64,000 nucleotides of DNA from Hormiphora californensis (Eukaryota > Animalia > Ctenophora), in the NCBI GenBank assembly GCA_020137815.1, contig CM035351.1:2542001-2606000 (forward strand), in the 5' to 3' direction. Of this stretch, positions 26,340 through 64,000 are shown in pieces. A model generated the notes under the pieces. The model was not told the DNA's origin, did no database searches, and saw only the letters and a program-made list of their open reading frames with translations. The translations under genes and the position numbers were made by a program. How positions within the stretch are numbered: position 1 is the stretch's first letter; every line of letters starts with the position of its first letter.

Positions 26340-28866
26340 TTCATCTCCTACTTTTGAAATGGTTGTAACGCGCGAAATAAATAACATTTTCGAAGGTATT
26401 TTGTTTTATGCGTTGCAGGCCTCAAATGCGCGCGTTATTACCGGTCGATCGCGCGGCTCAGCATCTCAAACTTAAAGTCCGTTTCAAGCGACTTGACCCG
26501 TTGGCATGCGCTGCAGACCCCAAGTGCGCGCGTTTTCCACGGCTTCTCTTTAAAGTGCGTTTCAAACGACTTGACCTGAGATTCCTGGAAATTCAGGATT
26601 TCCCCTTTGTAAATACACGCGCAATGCGCCAAATTCCAAGAATTACGGGTCAAGTCGCTTGAAACGGACTTTAATTAAAAATTTTGCTGCTGCACTGAAC
26701 TTTTTTAAAATCAAATTTCAAAATTGAAAAGCGCTGCCTTATCCCGCGATGCGCGTGGCGCAGAACATCGGGGGCCAGCAACGTTTGCCAAATTTCAAAA
26801 CAAAATTGAAAATTGGTCACATCTGCCAGTCAGGAAGGGTCAAAGCTCTGTGGATTTTTTCTCAGTTAAAGTCGGATTTCTTGAAACTGTCACCCCCCTG
26901 AAATAACAAAATTTGCCATATCTTCGGTTCCTGATAAGATAGAGACTTGAAATTTGGAGGTCTGGAAGAACTTAGCAAGATCTTCGTAACCTCCAAATTT
27001 CAAGTCTCTATCTCATCAGGAACCAGACTTATGGTCTTTTAAAGAAATTTGAAAACTCTAAAAAACGACAGTTATTTAAAATCAGACTATAAAGTCGGAT
27101 TTTTTGAAACTGTCACCCCCCTAAAACAACAAAATTTGCCATATCTCCAGTTCCTGATAAGATAGAGACTTGAAATTTGGAGGTTCGGAAGAACTTAGCA
27201 AGATCTTCGTAACCTCCAAATTTCAAGTCTCTATCTCGTCAGGAACCGGATTTATGGTCATTTACGAAATTTGAAAATACCCAGGGGTGTGACAGTTTCA
27301 ATTGGCATACGTTGCAGGCCCCTTATAATATAATATAAGGGGCCTGGAGGGAATACCGCGCTAGGGGGGAATACATAATCAATCATATCTCCGGTTCCAG
27401 ATAAGGTACAGAAATCGTTTTGGTAGCGTTGGAAAGAGGAAGTAACAGCTTTCAATGCAACCGGTTTCAGGTCTCTATCTTATCAGGAACAGGAGATTAA
27501 CCAAACTCCGCAAAATCGAGTGCGGTAAAATCAAAATTTGAATGAAATTTTAAAAAAGGTGTCCCTGCAAGAATCTGTGACGTCACTTTTTGAAAACAAC
27601 CCATCTTTCAACGGCTATTGCTCACCTCCTTAATCCAATTAACTTCTCTCAAAACAGCAAGGTAGATAATCGTCAGATCTAACAACTGGTGAAAGAATCA
27701 AGTCAAACGGACTTCAGGAGCCAAAGTTATAAGCACCGCCGTTTTTTCGACCGCAAAGTTATCTTCGACCCAGCCGGGATCAGGCCAAACGCGCGCGCGG
27801 CATTCCCTCCAGTCCCCTCGTTGCGGGGGTGCGCGCATGAGGGGGCTGCAGCGCATTCCAACAGTTTCAAAAAATCCGACTTTAGTACTATTATTATTAT
27901 TAAATCTGTTTACAATAACTAGAGTAAAGTCGGATTTTTTGAAGTTGTCACCCCCCTTCTCGTGCGCGGAATGTTTTTGCGCGTCACATCACATGTTAAC
28001 GTGTGGTATGCGCGTCAAAATTGATAAATTTCACACGCGCGGTCATTTTGGGGTGACAACTTCAAAAAATCCGACTTTACCCGAGCTATGACAATGCGCA
28101 AAAAGGGGTGGCACGCGACTTTAACCACGTGGTGATCTAACCGCTCCTACTATCATACACATTGGGTTTTTGAAAAAACGGCGAGGCGGGTAAATCATTT
28201 ATTGTAACGCGCGAATTTTCCCAAAAAAAGCGCTGCTTTTTTACGCCGCGCGGAACCTAAAATTACGCGCGCAGTGTAAAATTTTAAAATTCATTGAAAA
28301 TTTTCTCGCGTTTTATGTCGCAAAAAAAAGTCGACGAAAAATTCCAAATTCGTGAATTATAAGAACTCCGGTTAGTTCTCATCTTGCCAATCCGTTTTCC
28401 GGGAACCCCTGGCCAAAGGACATTAAAATTCACATAGCGACCAAGTTTCATATCGATTGGATAAGATTTTGGGTGGCTACGGTGAAAAATATCGTATTTT
28501 TGGCATTTTTAACTTTCCCGACGCGATTTACGACCCTTAAACATTGAGTTACGGGAAATCGCTATCAATTAAATGAAGTTCAAACGATTCTCTTCCCCAC
28601 AATTGCGTTAGTTTTTTTGATTTAGAGCCGTTTTCAGGGTCTTAGAAGCGTTTGAAAAATGTAGGTCTTTTTGTCGCAATGACGTCACCCCGTGACGTCA
28701 CTGCTGTAAAGATCGGATCAAAAATCTGAGCCCGTACTTACATCCGCCTTGGTCCAAGGTACCCGTGTACAAATTTTTAGGGGTCTAGCTCAAAAACTGT
28801 GGGAGGAGTTTGAAAAACCAATTAACGGACAGACTGACTAACATTATGGGATTTATTATATGGATT
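26340..28866. mobile_element. Composite cluster of non-autonomous DNA elements upstream of HECTD4
   Basis: CGCG-rich. Direct duplication 26868-27040 / 27091-27262 with internal palindromes (gatagagacttgaaatttggagg...cctccaaatttcaagtctctatc). MITE at 27926-28078. 3' end acggacagactgactaac...ttatatggat is reminiscent of Helitron/Helentron-type elements. Confidence 0.6.
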
Positions 28867-29271
28867 TGACACTGTCAATATTGTCCTCCTATAGTACTAT
28901 CGATTATCTATCAGAGACCGTTTCATTTACTCAATTCCATTTGATTGATAATAGCTGTTTGAAAAAAGTACCTTCGATGCACCTAGATTGCATGATTGTT
29001 GCAACTTGCATGATAAACTTACTCAGAGTAATAGAGATTGAAGCCTTCAATTTGAAGGTAGCACACAAAGTTAATACTTTTTACCCGATTCTTTGCACGC
29101 AGGAGGAATTGGCAATCTTTGGTGTGTGATGCCCACTTGGTTTAGGGTAGCATTCGCCATTCAATTCACTATTAAAACCTTGTCCAATAAACACAAGAAC
29201 TATTAAAATTAGTGGGGCCTTTTTTGCTTTGGGTTTTCTTTAGTTAATTTGTTTATCTTCCTATTTTAGTG

Positions 29272-63879
<34,608 letters not shown>

Positions 63880-64000
63880 GTAGGTGGGGTGGACCCAGCA
63901 AGGTGACAAGGTAGGTGCCAAGGTAAGGTCAAAGGTGCCAAGTGTTGTGAGAACATGGTACGTGGGGGGTAACCAGCGAGTTTTTATAATAGCTGCCCAC

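Overview
Intron-rich animal genomic DNA, not prokaryotic. GT-AG introns with CTAAC branch motifs, abundant (CT/GA)n, nested intronic genes and acceptors next to start codons suggest a ctenophore-like genome; this is inference only. Genes assembled by hand: a complete Musashi-family RNA-binding gene (+, 2084-15099); a complete NRBP pseudokinase (-, 17971-21299); a secreted lectin-like domain gene (+, 24839-~25763); and the 5' ~43 exons of HECTD4 (+, 29272 to beyond the window end). HECTD4 introns hold two antisense nested genes: a paralogous secreted lectin-like gene (51951-49399) and a candidate 74-aa two-TM microprotein (45039-44815). Unusual structures: (i) tandem arrays built from exon/intron junctions, including ~37 copies of a 5' splice site; (ii) an 8.5-kb nested foldback element filling one HECTD4 intron, with MITEs and a CR1/L2-group LINE inside; (iii) poly-G-ended elements with 8-bp TSDs and different subterminal motif arrays; (iv) a 39-66 bp element with 8-bp TSDs; (v) splice acceptors 1-2 nt before the ATG in five genes, suggesting SL trans-splicing. 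Most ORF-track entries are microsatellite or repeat artefacts.
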